From NCBI GenBank assembly GCA_963716395.1, contig OY970309.1:192001-256000 (forward strand): 64,000 nucleotides of DNA, read 5' to 3'. This document shows, piece by piece, positions 29,694-39,416 of this stretch (its first letter is position 1; each line of letters opens with the position of its first letter). The notes below the pieces were generated by a model. That model was not told the DNA's origin and made no database searches. It saw only the letters and a list, made by a program, of their open reading frames with translations. The DNA comes from an uncultured Fibrobacteria bacterium (lineage in GTDB: Bacteria; Fibrobacterota; Fibrobacteria; UBA11236). The translations under genes were made by a program, and so were the position numbers.

Positions 29694-31619
29694 ATGTGTG
29701 GAATAGCGGGATTTTACCAGGCCGCCGGCGTCGGGGTCGATCTCGGCACCCTGCGAGCCATGACCCGGGCTTTGCTTCACCGGGGGCCTGACGATGAAGG
29801 CTATTACCTGGACGCGAACGTCGGATTGGGGCATCGCCGGCTGTCCGTCATCGATCTTACCAGCGGGCAACAGCCCATGTTCACCGCCGATCGCAGCGTG
29901 GCCATTATCTTCAACGGTGAGATTTTCAATTATGTGGAGTTGCGCGAAGAACTGAAAAAGAAGGGCCACCGCTTCACCACGGCCTCCGACACCGAGGTCG
30001 TCCTCTATGGCTATGTCGAATACGGTCTCGGCGTGCTCGATCATCTGAACGGGCAGTTCGCCATCGCCATTTGGGACCAGCCCAATAAGAAACTGATCCT
30101 GGCGCGCGACCGCGTGGGCATCCGTCCGCTCTTTCACGCCCAGGCGCCCGACGGCTCTTTGCTATTCGCCTCGGAGGCCAAAGCCCTGTTCCGCTACCCG
30201 GGCCTGCGTGCGGAAATCGATCCGGTGGGGGTGAGCCAAATCTTCAGCTTCTGGGTCAATGTGCCGCCGCGCACGGTGTTCCACGGGGTGCGGGAATTGC
30301 CCGCGGGTCATTACCTCGTGGCCACGCCCGAGGGCATGCGCACCGGGGCCTACTGGAAGCATCGCTTTCCCGATGCCCAAGACTATGACGACCAGCCCAT
30401 CGGGCGTTACGCCGAGCGCCTGCGCGAACTCCTCTTCGAGGCCACCACGCTGCAATTGCGCGCCGACGTGCCGGTGGCGGCTTATCTCAGCGGCGGGCTC
30501 GATTCCTCCATCATCGCCACCTTGGTCAAGCGCCACCACAATCCCGGCCTCACCACCTTTTCGGTCGCCTTCGCCGATAAGAATTTCGACGAGCGGGCCT
30601 ACCAGACGCAGATGGTGGATTTTCTCAAAACCGATCACCATAGTCTCGAGGTGGATTACGGCGACATCGGCGCGTCCTTTGCCGACGTGATCTACTACGC
30701 TGAAAAACCGATGCTGCGCACAGCCCCGGCTCCGCTGCTGCGGCTCGCGGGCTTGGTGCGCGCACACGGCATCAAGGTGGTGTTGACCGGCGAAGGCTCG
30801 GACGAGATCTTCGGAGGCTACAACATTTTTCGCGAAGACAAGGTCCGGCGCTTTTGGGCGCGCAGTCCCGATTCGCAGTGGCGCCCGCTGCTTCTCTCGG
30901 CCCTTTACCCCTATGTCAACAAGAACCCTGCCGCCCGGGGATTTTGGCGCATGTTCTTCAAGCAGTGGCTTACCGACACGGCGAATCCCTATTACTCCCA
31001 TTTGATCCGCTGGAACAATACGGCCCAGATCAAGGGCCTGTTCACCCCGGAGTTTCGCGAACGCATGGGCCGGGAAGAGGACCTCTACCACGAACTGGAC
31101 GCGTTCCTGGACAAAGACATGCTGCGCTGGCATCCCCTGTGTCGCGCCCAATATCTGGAGATGAGCCTCTTCATGTCCGGCTACCTGCTGTGCTCGCAAG
31201 GCGACCGCATGATGATGGGTCACTCCGTGGAAGGCCGTTTTCCCTTTTTGGATCACCGCGTCATCGAGTTCGCGGCCACCATCCCCCCCAAGTACAAGAT
31301 TCGCATCCTCGATGAAAAACACATTCTGAAAAAGGCTTATGAGAACATGTTGCCAGCTTCCATCGTGAACCGACCGAAGCAGCCCTATCGAGCCCCCATC
31401 AGCCGGTGCTTCCGGGATGAGTCGGCCAATTTGGCCTCAGCACTGCTGGCACCTAAGGAACTTCAAGCCAGCGGGTATTTCAACGTCGAACAAGCCGAAA
31501 AGGTCGTGGCCAAGTGCCGCAAAAATGCCGAGAGCCAAATCAGCGAGCGCGACGACATGGCCCTGGTGGCCATGGTCTCCCTGCAATTGCTCCACCAGCA
31601 TTTCTTGAAAAATCCTTGA
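29694..31619 (+). CDS. asnB: Asparagine synthase-like glutamine amidotransferase
   Basis: N-terminal MCGIAG (Ntn Cys), HRGPD, FNGEIFN, SDTEV, YLSGGLDSS, GEGSDE, EGRFPFLD. Confidence 0.93.
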   Translation: MCGIAGFYQAAGVGVDLGTLRAMTRALLHRGPDDEGYYLDANVGLGHRRLSVIDLTSGQQPMFTADRSVAIIFNGEIFNYVELREELKKKGHRFTTASDTEVVLYGYVEYGLGVLDHLNGQFAIAIWDQPNKKLILARDRVGIRPLFHAQAPDGSLLFASEAKALFRYPGLRAEIDPVGVSQIFSFWVNVPPRTVFHGVRELPAGHYLVATPEGMRTGAYWKHRFPDAQDYDDQPIGRYAERLRELLFEATTLQLRADVPVAAYLSGGLDSSIIATLVKRHHNPGLTTFSVAFADKNFDERAYQTQMVDFLKTDHHSLEVDYGDIGASFADVIYYAEKPMLRTAPAPLLRLAGLVRAHGIKVVLTGEGSDEIFGGYNIFREDKVRRFWARSPDSQWRPLLLSALYPYVNKNPAARGFWRMFFKQWLTDTANPYYSHLIRWNNTAQIKGLFTPEFRERMGREEDLYHELDAFLDKDMLRWHPLCRAQYLEMSLFMSGYLLCSQGDRMMMGHSVEGRFPFLDHRVIEFAATIPPKYKIRILDEKHILKKAYENMLPASIVNRPKQPYRAPISRCFRDESANLASALLAPKELQASGYFNVEQAEKVVAKCRKNAESQISERDDMALVAMVSLQLLHQHFLKNP

Positions 31620-31646
31620 AAAATTGACGGCCGGGCGCGGCTCGGT

Positions 31647-32549
31647 TCAGGCCGTGCGGGCCAGCAGGGCGCGAATCTCCCCGGCGGCATCCGCGGCCGT
31701 TTCCACCGTGGAGTAGGCTGGAATCCGCTGCAATTGCCGCGCCATCAGCTCTCCCTGGCCCAGGCCCACTTCGAAGCAAAGCCAGGAAGCCGGCTTGAGA
31801 AAACGCGGGGCGTTTTTGATTAGCCGGGTCAAGATGGATACGCCGTAAATCCCCCCGTCGAAGGCCATGGCCGGCTCAAAAGCGGAAATCTCCCGGTGCA
31901 TTTCCGGAACCTTGGCCGCCGAGATATAGGGAGGGTTGCAGCTCACGAGATCGCAGCGGCCTAGGAATTCCTCGTTTTCGAAAGGTGCGAAGAGATCCCC
32001 AGTGCGGAACTGGATTCTCTCCGCGGGCAAATCCAACAGCCTACGGTTGTGTTCGGCCAGGGCCACCGCCGCTGCGGAAAGATCGGCGGCAAATACCCGG
32101 GCGCTCGGCTCGTGCGCCGCATAGGCAACAGCCAGGTTACCGCTGCCGGTGCAGAGGTCCAGCACCAGGAGAGAAGTCCTTTCCCGGGCCAGCATTTCCA
32201 GTTTGGCCAACACGGCGCCCGCCAGAATCTCGGTTTCTTTCCGTGGAATCAGCGCCTCGGGGCCGGCCATCAATTCCAGCCCCATGAAGCTTTGTCTCCC
32301 GGTGAGATGGGCCAGGGGCGTGCCGGACCGCTTGCGCGCCAACAGGTCGCGAAGCCTCTCTTCGCCCTCGGGCCCGAGTTCAGGCAAATCGAGCCGCAGA
32401 GCCTCGACGGCCGAAACCGGCGTTCCGGCCGCGGCCAGCCACAGCGCGCACGCCACGGCTTCAGGGGTCTCTTCGGGCTTGTCGGGAAGCGGCTGCCAGA
32501 ATTCCTGAACGGCCGCCAGCGCCGGCGCGAATGCGGAAGGAAGGGTCAC
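31647..32549 (-). CDS. HemK/PrmC-like amide N-methyltransferase with atypical N-terminus
   Basis: GTPLAHLTG, LIPRKETE, DLCTGSG, CNPPYI, FEP..A.DGG; N-terminal LPDKPEET; no prfA nearby. Confidence 0.85.
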   Translation of the reverse strand: MTLPSAFAPALAAVQEFWQPLPDKPEETPEAVACALWLAAAGTPVSAVEALRLDLPELGPEGEERLRDLLARKRSGTPLAHLTGRQSFMGLELMAGPEALIPRKETEILAGAVLAKLEMLARERTSLLVLDLCTGSGNLAVAYAAHEPSARVFAADLSAAAVALAEHNRRLLDLPAERIQFRTGDLFAPFENEEFLGRCDLVSCNPPYISAAKVPEMHREISAFEPAMAFDGGIYGVSILTRLIKNAPRFLKPASWLCFEVGLGQGELMARQLQRIPAYSTVETAADAAGEIRALLARTA

Positions 32550-34105
32550 GCCGGCCGCTCCCGGTTCAGATCCTGTTTGCGAATCTTGCCCGTCGCGGTC
32601 TTGGGTAATTCCTGCAGGAAGACGATTTCCTTGGGCAGCAAAAAATTCTCCAGCTTGGACATGCAGATGCCCTTGATTTCCTTTTCGGTCAGCGACACCC
32701 CGTCTTCCAACGCAACATAGGCCCGAATCGCTTCGCCGAGCAAGGCGTCGGGCACTCCGATCACGGCGGCTTCGCGGATGCCGGGAATTCCGTGCAGGCA
32801 GTTTTCCACCTCGATAGGGCTCACCTTCTCGCCGCGGGTTTTGATGATGTCGTCGCTACGGCCCTGGAAGTACAGGCAGCCATCGGCATCCATCTTGAAA
32901 TAGTCGTGCGTGCACAGAATGCGTTCGCCGGGGTAACGCCCAGGTTTCAGCATCACGGCGGTCAACTCGGGCCGGTTCCAATAGCCCATCATGACATGCG
33001 GCCCGCGCACGTGGAGAATGCCGGTTTCCCCGGGAGGCACCGGCTTTCCGTCTTCGGACAAGAGGAAAACCTCGGTGCCGGGAATGGCCTTACCCACCGA
33101 GTCGGGTTTGGCGTCGAGCAGTTCCGGTTCTAGGTAACACACGCGTTTACACTCGGTGAGCCCGTACATGCGGAAAATGAGCGCGTTGGGGAAGATTTCC
33201 CGCAGGCGGGGCACGATTTCGGGCGGCAGGGCGGCGGCGGTGTTGGTGATGCGGCGCACCGCGGGAAAGGCGAGCGGGCGGCGTGCATGCATGCCCAGCA
33301 AGGTCATGTACACGGTGGGCACCCCCGGAAACACGGTCACGTATTCGGATTGCATCCGGTTCACAACCTGGGCGGGATAGGTGAAGGAGCGTTCCAGCAC
33401 CAGCGTGGCGCCCAGACGGACGGCCATCAGGAATTGGTACAAACCGTAGTCGAATGCCAGGGGGAGTAGGTTTAGAATTTTGTCGTCGGCACCGAGCCGC
33501 AGGTATTGAATGAGGCTGCCGGTTGTGAAAGTCATGGCCTGATGCGTCATGGCCACGCCTTTGGGGTGGCCCGTGCTCCCCGAGGTATAGATGAGGGCCG
33601 CGAGGTCCAAGGGAATGACGGCGGGATTGGGTTCGGCCGGGAGCCTGCGGGAGACGGCCTGTTCAAAAGGCAAGATGGTTCCGGCGTCCGACGGCAAAGC
33701 GCCAGAACAGATGACCGATGTCACGGCCGGCGTCTTGCCGATCACCGCCAGGAACTCTTTGGAAAGGTGGCCGTCGGTGATCAAGATTTTCGCGCCGCTG
33801 TCCTTAAGGATGTATTCGAGCTTATCGGCCTTGGTTTGGGGGTTGACCACCAGGAAGGCGCCGCCCGCGAACAAGGTCCCGAAAATGGAGACCAGGCAGG
33901 GCCAGGTATTATCCAAATAGATGGCCACGCGATCACCGCGCCGGAGGCCCGAGTCGGCCAATTCCGCGGCCAGGCGCGCGGCGGAATTGCGCAGGGCACG
34001 GTAGGAATAGGATTTCCCCTCGACCACAGCCACGGTTTTGTCCGGGGTGCGTTGCACGGCGACCAGCAAACTGTCGTGCAGCAGCCTTTGATAATCGGGA
34101 TCCAT
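32546..34105 (-). CDS. AMP-forming adenylation enzyme (acyl/aminoacyl-CoA or carrier-protein ligase)
   Basis: IYTSGSTGHPKG, AFDYG, MYGLTE, GRSDD, PKTATGK. Confidence 0.92.
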   Translation of the reverse strand: MDPDYQRLLHDSLLVAVQRTPDKTVAVVEGKSYSYRALRNSAARLAAELADSGLRRGDRVAIYLDNTWPCLVSIFGTLFAGGAFLVVNPQTKADKLEYILKDSGAKILITDGHLSKEFLAVIGKTPAVTSVICSGALPSDAGTILPFEQAVSRRLPAEPNPAVIPLDLAALIYTSGSTGHPKGVAMTHQAMTFTTGSLIQYLRLGADDKILNLLPLAFDYGLYQFLMAVRLGATLVLERSFTYPAQVVNRMQSEYVTVFPGVPTVYMTLLGMHARRPLAFPAVRRITNTAAALPPEIVPRLREIFPNALIFRMYGLTECKRVCYLEPELLDAKPDSVGKAIPGTEVFLLSEDGKPVPPGETGILHVRGPHVMMGYWNRPELTAVMLKPGRYPGERILCTHDYFKMDADGCLYFQGRSDDIIKTRGEKVSPIEVENCLHGIPGIREAAVIGVPDALLGEAIRAYVALEDGVSLTEKEIKGICMSKLENFLLPKEIVFLQELPKTATGKIRKQDLNRERPA

Positions 34106-34345
34106 ACTTGTTCCTGCCTGCAAAAAATGTCATTTATAATGTTTTTTGAACGCGTCGCCCAAGGGATATAAATCTCGCACGGTTGGCGGCCGTTCTGGAA
34201 TTTTAGGACGGTCGATAAACTTCTTATGCGCAGCGTCCCATTTGTAAACAAATAATCCAACAAAAAATTAACTTCCAGCAACCCAGGTGCGGCGGCGGCA
34301 AAATTCCGCAACCGATTCCCCCCGCAACCCAAGTACGAGCCAACC

Positions 34346-34612
34346 ATGCCGGAAAATGCCAACGAAGTTAAAACCAAGCTGAAAGAATTTCTCTCGAACA
34401 ATTTCCTACTCGGGAAAGACGTCTCCGAATTGAACGACAAGGATTCGTTTCTGGAAAGCGGAATCGTCGACTCCACCGGGATTCTCGAATTCGTGGGGTT
34501 CTTGCAGGATACCTGGAATATCGACGTACAGGACGATGAACTGCTGCCCGAGAATTTCGACTCCCTGGAAAATCTGACCGCCTATGTCTTGCGCAAGGTA
34601 TCTCCGGTTTAA
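34346..34612 (+). CDS. Acyl carrier protein
   Basis: 88 aa, acidic, GIVDSTG (phosphopantetheine Ser), PENFDS. Confidence 0.92.
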   Translation: MPENANEVKTKLKEFLSNNFLLGKDVSELNDKDSFLESGIVDSTGILEFVGFLQDTWNIDVQDDELLPENFDSLENLTAYVLRKVSPV

Positions 34613-34627
34613 TCGCTGCCTGCAACC

Positions 34628-35620
34628 ATGCCCGTTCCCTTCTCGGCCGATCTGCTGCGTCTCGACTGCCGGTCCGAGGCCGATCGCATTGCGGAAACCA
34701 TTCGCGATTACCTGCTGTCGGTGCGACGCAAAGGCGCGGTGGTCGCGCTTTCCGGCGGTATCGACAGCTCAGTGACCCTGGCGCTGTGCGTGCAGGCCCT
34801 GGGAGCGGCACGGGTGTTCGGCCTGCACATGCCCGAGCGCGATTCTTCCGCAGACACGCTCGCGTTAAGCCGCCTTGTCTCCGATCATTTCGGCGTAGCT
34901 TCCGAAGAAGAGGATATCACACCCCTGCTTGAGGCCGCGGGATGTTACCGCCGCCGCGACGAAGCGGTCCAATCCGTCGTACCGGAATACCGCCCGGATT
35001 GGAAATGCAAAATCGTGCTTTCGGGGGGTGTGGTAACTGGCGGTCTGAACGTCTTTCACGTGGTGGCGCAGGCGCCCGACGGAACACAGGTGAAGAAACG
35101 CTTGCCGCTGGAGGCTTATTTGGGCGTGGTGGCTGCCAGTAATTTCAAACAGCGTATCCGCAAAATGCTGGAATACTATCACGCCGATCGGCTTCATTAC
35201 ATCACCACCGGAACTCCCAACCGTCTGGAGTATGATCAGGGCTTTTTCGTCAAGCAGGGCGACGGCGCTGCCGATCTCAAGCCCATCGCGCATCTGTACA
35301 AAACCCAGGTGTATGCCCTGGCGGAATTCCTGGGCGTGCCCGAGGTCATTCTCCGGCGACCGCCCACCACCGACACCTATTCCCTGCCCCAGGGACAGGA
35401 CGAATTCTATTTTGCCTTGCCCTATGCCCAGATGGATCTCTGCCTGCTGGGGAAAAATTGCGGCGACAACCCCGCCGAGGTCGCCCATGCGACCGGCCTC
35501 ACCACCGCACAGGTGGAACGGGTTTACCATGACATCGACGCCAAGCGCCGGGCCACGCGCTACCTGCATTGCCCCGCGCGCCTGGTCGAGGAGGTCGTGG
35601 AAGTGATCCCCGGGCCATGA
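34628..35620 (+). CDS. nadE: NH3-dependent NAD synthetase-like PP-loop ATP pyrophosphatase
   Basis: SGGIDSS, NFKQRIR, GTPNRLE, GFFVKQGDG, PIAHLYKTQV, PTTDT. Confidence 0.88.
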   Translation: MPVPFSADLLRLDCRSEADRIAETIRDYLLSVRRKGAVVALSGGIDSSVTLALCVQALGAARVFGLHMPERDSSADTLALSRLVSDHFGVASEEEDITPLLEAAGCYRRRDEAVQSVVPEYRPDWKCKIVLSGGVVTGGLNVFHVVAQAPDGTQVKKRLPLEAYLGVVAASNFKQRIRKMLEYYHADRLHYITTGTPNRLEYDQGFFVKQGDGAADLKPIAHLYKTQVYALAEFLGVPEVILRRPPTTDTYSLPQGQDEFYFALPYAQMDLCLLGKNCGDNPAEVAHATGLTTAQVERVYHDIDAKRRATRYLHCPARLVEEVVEVIPGP

Positions 35621-36429
35621 ATGGCGCCGCCCCTTCCTTCGATCACGAGGCCTATTGGTCTGAACGCTACCGCGTGATCGATCTGACACGCTCGGGCCAT
35701 ATCGATCTTCCCGAGGCCTACAACCGCTGGCTCTATCGCCGCAAGTGCGAATGCCTGCTGCGCGACTTGCGCCGCGTGGGTTTTCGTCCGCGCGGGGCCT
35801 CGGTGCTGGAGATCGCCACCGGTACCGGCGTGTATGTGGATGCCTGGAAGCGCCAAGGAGTGGGGCGGCTGGTGGGCATCGACTTCAGTGCGGCGGCCAC
35901 CGAGGCCTTACGCGGGCGTTTTCCCGAGTTCACCTTTCACCAACGCGACCTCGCAGAGCCGGGCTTGGCCGATGTGACCGGGAAAGGATTCGACCTCGTC
36001 ACCGCGGTGGACATGCTGTACCACATCGTCGAGAACGAGCGTTTTCCCCAGGCCTTCGCCAATTTGGCCGATACCGTCCGGCCCGGCGGACTACTCGCCA
36101 TTCACGATTATTTTTCGCGCCGCGGCGAACTCGATTTCGGCTATCTCAAGCGGCGCCCCTTCGAATCCTACGCCGCCGCCCTTGACTCGGCCGGCTTCGA
36201 TATCGTGTCGCGCACCTCCACCTTCTTCTTCTCGGTGCAGGCCGACAACATCGCCGATCCGGACTGGCGGATGCGGCTGCACACGCTTTGGAAAAAATTT
36301 ATGCTCCCGCGCATTTACCGCTCTCCGAACCTCGCCGGGGTGGTCCTCTACTGGGTTGATCGAATTTTGGGAACGTGCCTGCGCCAGGGCCCATCTTTTG
36401 AAATGCTCGTTTGCCGGAGGCGCCCATGA
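35617..36429 (+). CDS. Class I SAM-dependent methyltransferase
   Basis: VLEIATGTG, GIDFS, FDLVTAVDMLYH, RPGG; ATGA overlap with nadE. Confidence 0.87.
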   Translation: MNGAAPSFDHEAYWSERYRVIDLTRSGHIDLPEAYNRWLYRRKCECLLRDLRRVGFRPRGASVLEIATGTGVYVDAWKRQGVGRLVGIDFSAAATEALRGRFPEFTFHQRDLAEPGLADVTGKGFDLVTAVDMLYHIVENERFPQAFANLADTVRPGGLLAIHDYFSRRGELDFGYLKRRPFESYAAALDSAGFDIVSRTSTFFFSVQADNIADPDWRMRLHTLWKKFMLPRIYRSPNLAGVVLYWVDRILGTCLRQGPSFEMLVCRRRP

Positions 36430-36508
36430 ATAAAGAGCAAAACCGGAACCGGCCCGCCGGCCAATCCGCAGCCCCGGCCGATCCCGAACGCATGAGGAGG
36501 CTTACATT

Positions 36509-37351
36509 ATGAGATCCATCATCTTTTTGTGTGCAGCCCTAGGCTTAATTTCCTGTCGCTCCGGATCGGACCACGCTTCCATGACCACCTATTCTCCCGA
36601 TTCCCAGCTGGCGGCCGACTTGAACCAGGTGACCGGCCTGCGCATCTTCTTCGGCCATCAAAGCGTCGGCGCCAATATCGTAGAAGGCTTGACCGAACTC
36701 CGCTCGCTGGCGGGCGACACCGCTTTGCACATCCTGCATGATCCCGCTCCCGCCTCCCTGCCGCCGACCTTTCTCGCCGAAGCCCGTATCGGAACGAATG
36801 ATTTTCCCCTCACCAAGCTGGCCGCCTTTCGGAAGGAGGTCGATTCCACCTACGCGGGCCGGCTGGACGTGGCCCTGGTAAAAATCTGTTTTGTCGATCT
36901 GGAACGCCGCACGGGCAATGATCCCGATTCGGTGTTTGCCGCTTACCGTAAAACCGTGCTCGATTTGGAAGCCGCCCATCCCCGCCTCACCGTCATTCCG
37001 GTCACCTGTCCCCTTACCGTGCTGAACTATGGCGCGCGCGGCCGGCTGGACAAGCTCAAAGACGCCTTACGACGCCTCCTGGGCCGTGACGACAATGCCC
37101 GCCGCGCCGTCTTCAATACGCAGGTGCGTCAGGCGTTTTCCAATCGCGTGATATTTGATCTGGCCGCGGTCGAATCCACCGCGCCCGACGGCTCACGCGC
37201 CTGCCATGGCTGGGGATGCAAGGTGGAATCTTTGGTTCCCGCCTACTCCAGCGACGGCGGCCATCTCAACGCCTTGGGTCGCAAGGTGCTCGCGCGCGCC
37301 TTCTTGCGCACCTTGGCCCAAGCGGCAACGCATCGGCGCGGCGCGCCCTGA
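36509..37351 (+). CDS. Putative lipoprotein with SGNH-like fold
   Basis: Lipobox-like LISC, FFGHQSVG, C-terminal DGGHLN; GAGGAGG RBS. Confidence 0.75.
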   Translation: MRSIIFLCAALGLISCRSGSDHASMTTYSPDSQLAADLNQVTGLRIFFGHQSVGANIVEGLTELRSLAGDTALHILHDPAPASLPPTFLAEARIGTNDFPLTKLAAFRKEVDSTYAGRLDVALVKICFVDLERRTGNDPDSVFAAYRKTVLDLEAAHPRLTVIPVTCPLTVLNYGARGRLDKLKDALRRLLGRDDNARRAVFNTQVRQAFSNRVIFDLAAVESTAPDGSRACHGWGCKVESLVPAYSSDGGHLNALGRKVLARAFLRTLAQAATHRRGAP

Positions 37352-37356
37352 GGGCA

Positions 37357-39357
37357 TCACGAAGCCGCCGGGTGCGCCCCGCGTTTCCCGACGGGGGTTG
37401 AATCGGCCTGATTGGATTCGATCTCCGTAGGAACCCAGTCCGGACTCAAGGGAAGGCCGACGATAAACGTGGTTCCCTTTCCCACCTCGGTTGCAAAGTC
37501 GATATATCCCCCGTGCTTTTCCTCGATGATCGTCCGGGCCATCGCCAGCCCCTGTCCCGTCCCGCGACCAACTTCCTTGGTCGTGAAGAAAGGCTCGAAA
37601 ATGCGATGGCGGATCGATTCCGAAATCCCCCCGCCCGTGTCCGTAATGCGCATCTCTGCGTAGCCTTGCTTGACTTCGGTCTCAACATGGATTTTTCCGA
37701 GCGGACATTCGGGGTCGCTGCCTTTGCAATCGGCAATGGCGTGGGCCGCATTGACGATCAAATTCAGAATGACTTGGTTGACTTCCGCGATCTGACAATT
37801 GACCGGAGGCAACGAGGGAGAAAGATTCAGTTCGGCCGCCGCCACCCCCTTCCAGGAATACGCGGAAATCGTCATGGCATTCTCGAGGGCGCGATTCAAA
37901 TCCGCCGGCTGCTTCTCCATCCCTCCCGGATGGGAAAACTCCTTCATGGCGTAAACGATCTTGCGGACGCGATCGACTCCGTCTGAAGCCGAGGAAACGG
38001 CTTTCAGAGCCATCTTCTGCATGAATTCGATATCGGCCGCTTCTTCCGCTTCGTCGACGCGGTGAACCAACTCGGCCTTCGCCGGGTCCTGCTTCAAGAC
38101 GTCGACGATGCCGCGGTAGTCCTGAATGAGTTTCAGCATATCCTTGAACCCATCCCCCAAGAAGGCGACATTGTCCCCGATATACTGCATGGGGGTGTTG
38201 ATTTCATGCGCGATTCCCGCCGCGAGCTGGCCGATGGCCTGAAGCTTTTCCCCCTGGAGCGCCCGAGCCTCGAGCTTCCGCTGCTGGGTCATGTCGCGGA
38301 ACGTGAGCACGACGTTTATCACATTTGCGTCTTCGCGCGCGGGCGAACTGCTGAAGTCGACGAGCAACGCGGATCCGTCGCGGCGGCGGAAGGTGCTGTT
38401 TTTGACGCGATGGATGCACCCATCCGAGAACGGCTTCAAAATGGGGCACGCGGCCGGGTCGCAGGGTCGATCGGACGGGCATTCATGCGGAACGACCTGG
38501 GAGATCGCTTTCCCCACCATTTCGTCCACGGAAACCCCGAGCATGACCCCGGCGGCCATATTCGCGAAAATAACGGTGCCCGTCTCGTTGATGCCGAGGA
38601 ATCCTTCTTCCGCCGAGTCGAGTACCAAGCGCATATCGCGGCTGCGTTGCGCCAGTTCGGCGGTTCGCTCCTGCACTTTTCTTTCCAGGTTTTCGTTGGC
38701 GGCATACAATTCCAAACTGGCGGTGAGCAATTCGCGGTCCCGAATTTCCAGGGTTTCGTTGGTCTGCAACAAACTTTCCTTCTCCTTTTCCACTTGGTTG
38801 AGCAGTTGCATATTGCCGAGCAGCATTTCCAGGTGGCGGGCCAGGTTTCCGATGTTGGCCGCATCGCCTTCATCAAAAGCGATTTGAAATTTGGCCTTCT
38901 CCCGGGTGAATCCCACGGCCATCAGAATCGGAATCGCGTCCGAGGACACCTGAATCCTGGCCCAGAGGAACCGGTGCAGTCCGATGGATTCCGCGACGTC
39001 GAGCAGGGCGGGATTCTCCGGCTCGTTGCACACGCCGAACGGCGCCGCATTCAGGAACGACAGAACTTTGCCGCTCAAGCTCCGTTCCGAACCCGGCGGA
39101 ACCAAGGGGCGAACCGTGGATCCGTCCAACTCGAAAAACACCACCGACTGCATGCGGAGCCCCGCGATCAGGGAGCGGCGAAGGCGCGCGTAAATTTCGT
39201 CGATGGGTAATTTTCTATCGATGACTTGCGGCAGCGATTGCGCCACCGCCAACCACGACTGAACGCGCTCGAAATTGGCCCGAAGGGCGAGCAATTCCCG
39301 CTCGCACCGCAATAGCGGAAGGATTTTCTCTTTGCCTTCCTCGTTAGGGGCGGTCAT
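37357..39357 (-). CDS. Cytoplasmic sensor histidine kinase (GAF-like N-terminus, PAS, HisKA, HATPase)
   Basis: AAGIAHEINTP, NLIVNAAHA, DTGGG, FFTTKEVGRGTGQGL; PAS FANMAA. Confidence 0.9.
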   Translation of the reverse strand: MTAPNEEGKEKILPLLRCERELLALRANFERVQSWLAVAQSLPQVIDRKLPIDEIYARLRRSLIAGLRMQSVVFFELDGSTVRPLVPPGSERSLSGKVLSFLNAAPFGVCNEPENPALLDVAESIGLHRFLWARIQVSSDAIPILMAVGFTREKAKFQIAFDEGDAANIGNLARHLEMLLGNMQLLNQVEKEKESLLQTNETLEIRDRELLTASLELYAANENLERKVQERTAELAQRSRDMRLVLDSAEEGFLGINETGTVIFANMAAGVMLGVSVDEMVGKAISQVVPHECPSDRPCDPAACPILKPFSDGCIHRVKNSTFRRRDGSALLVDFSSSPAREDANVINVVLTFRDMTQQRKLEARALQGEKLQAIGQLAAGIAHEINTPMQYIGDNVAFLGDGFKDMLKLIQDYRGIVDVLKQDPAKAELVHRVDEAEEAADIEFMQKMALKAVSSASDGVDRVRKIVYAMKEFSHPGGMEKQPADLNRALENAMTISAYSWKGVAAAELNLSPSLPPVNCQIAEVNQVILNLIVNAAHAIADCKGSDPECPLGKIHVETEVKQGYAEMRITDTGGGISESIRHRIFEPFFTTKEVGRGTGQGLAMARTIIEEKHGGYIDFATEVGKGTTFIVGLPLSPDWVPTEIESNQADSTPVGKRGAHPAAS

Positions 39358-39416
39358 TGGTTTCTGCCGGAATCCGGATTATGGGTTGCGGAGAGCGGGT
39401 CATACTCGCAGGCGCT

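Noticed and set aside
28296-31619. 1107-aa ORF suggesting a giant AsnB fusion
   Set aside because: The first ~466 aa are the antisense shadow of the GT9 gene. Ntn amidotransferases need an N-terminal Cys, so the real start is MCGIAG at 29694.
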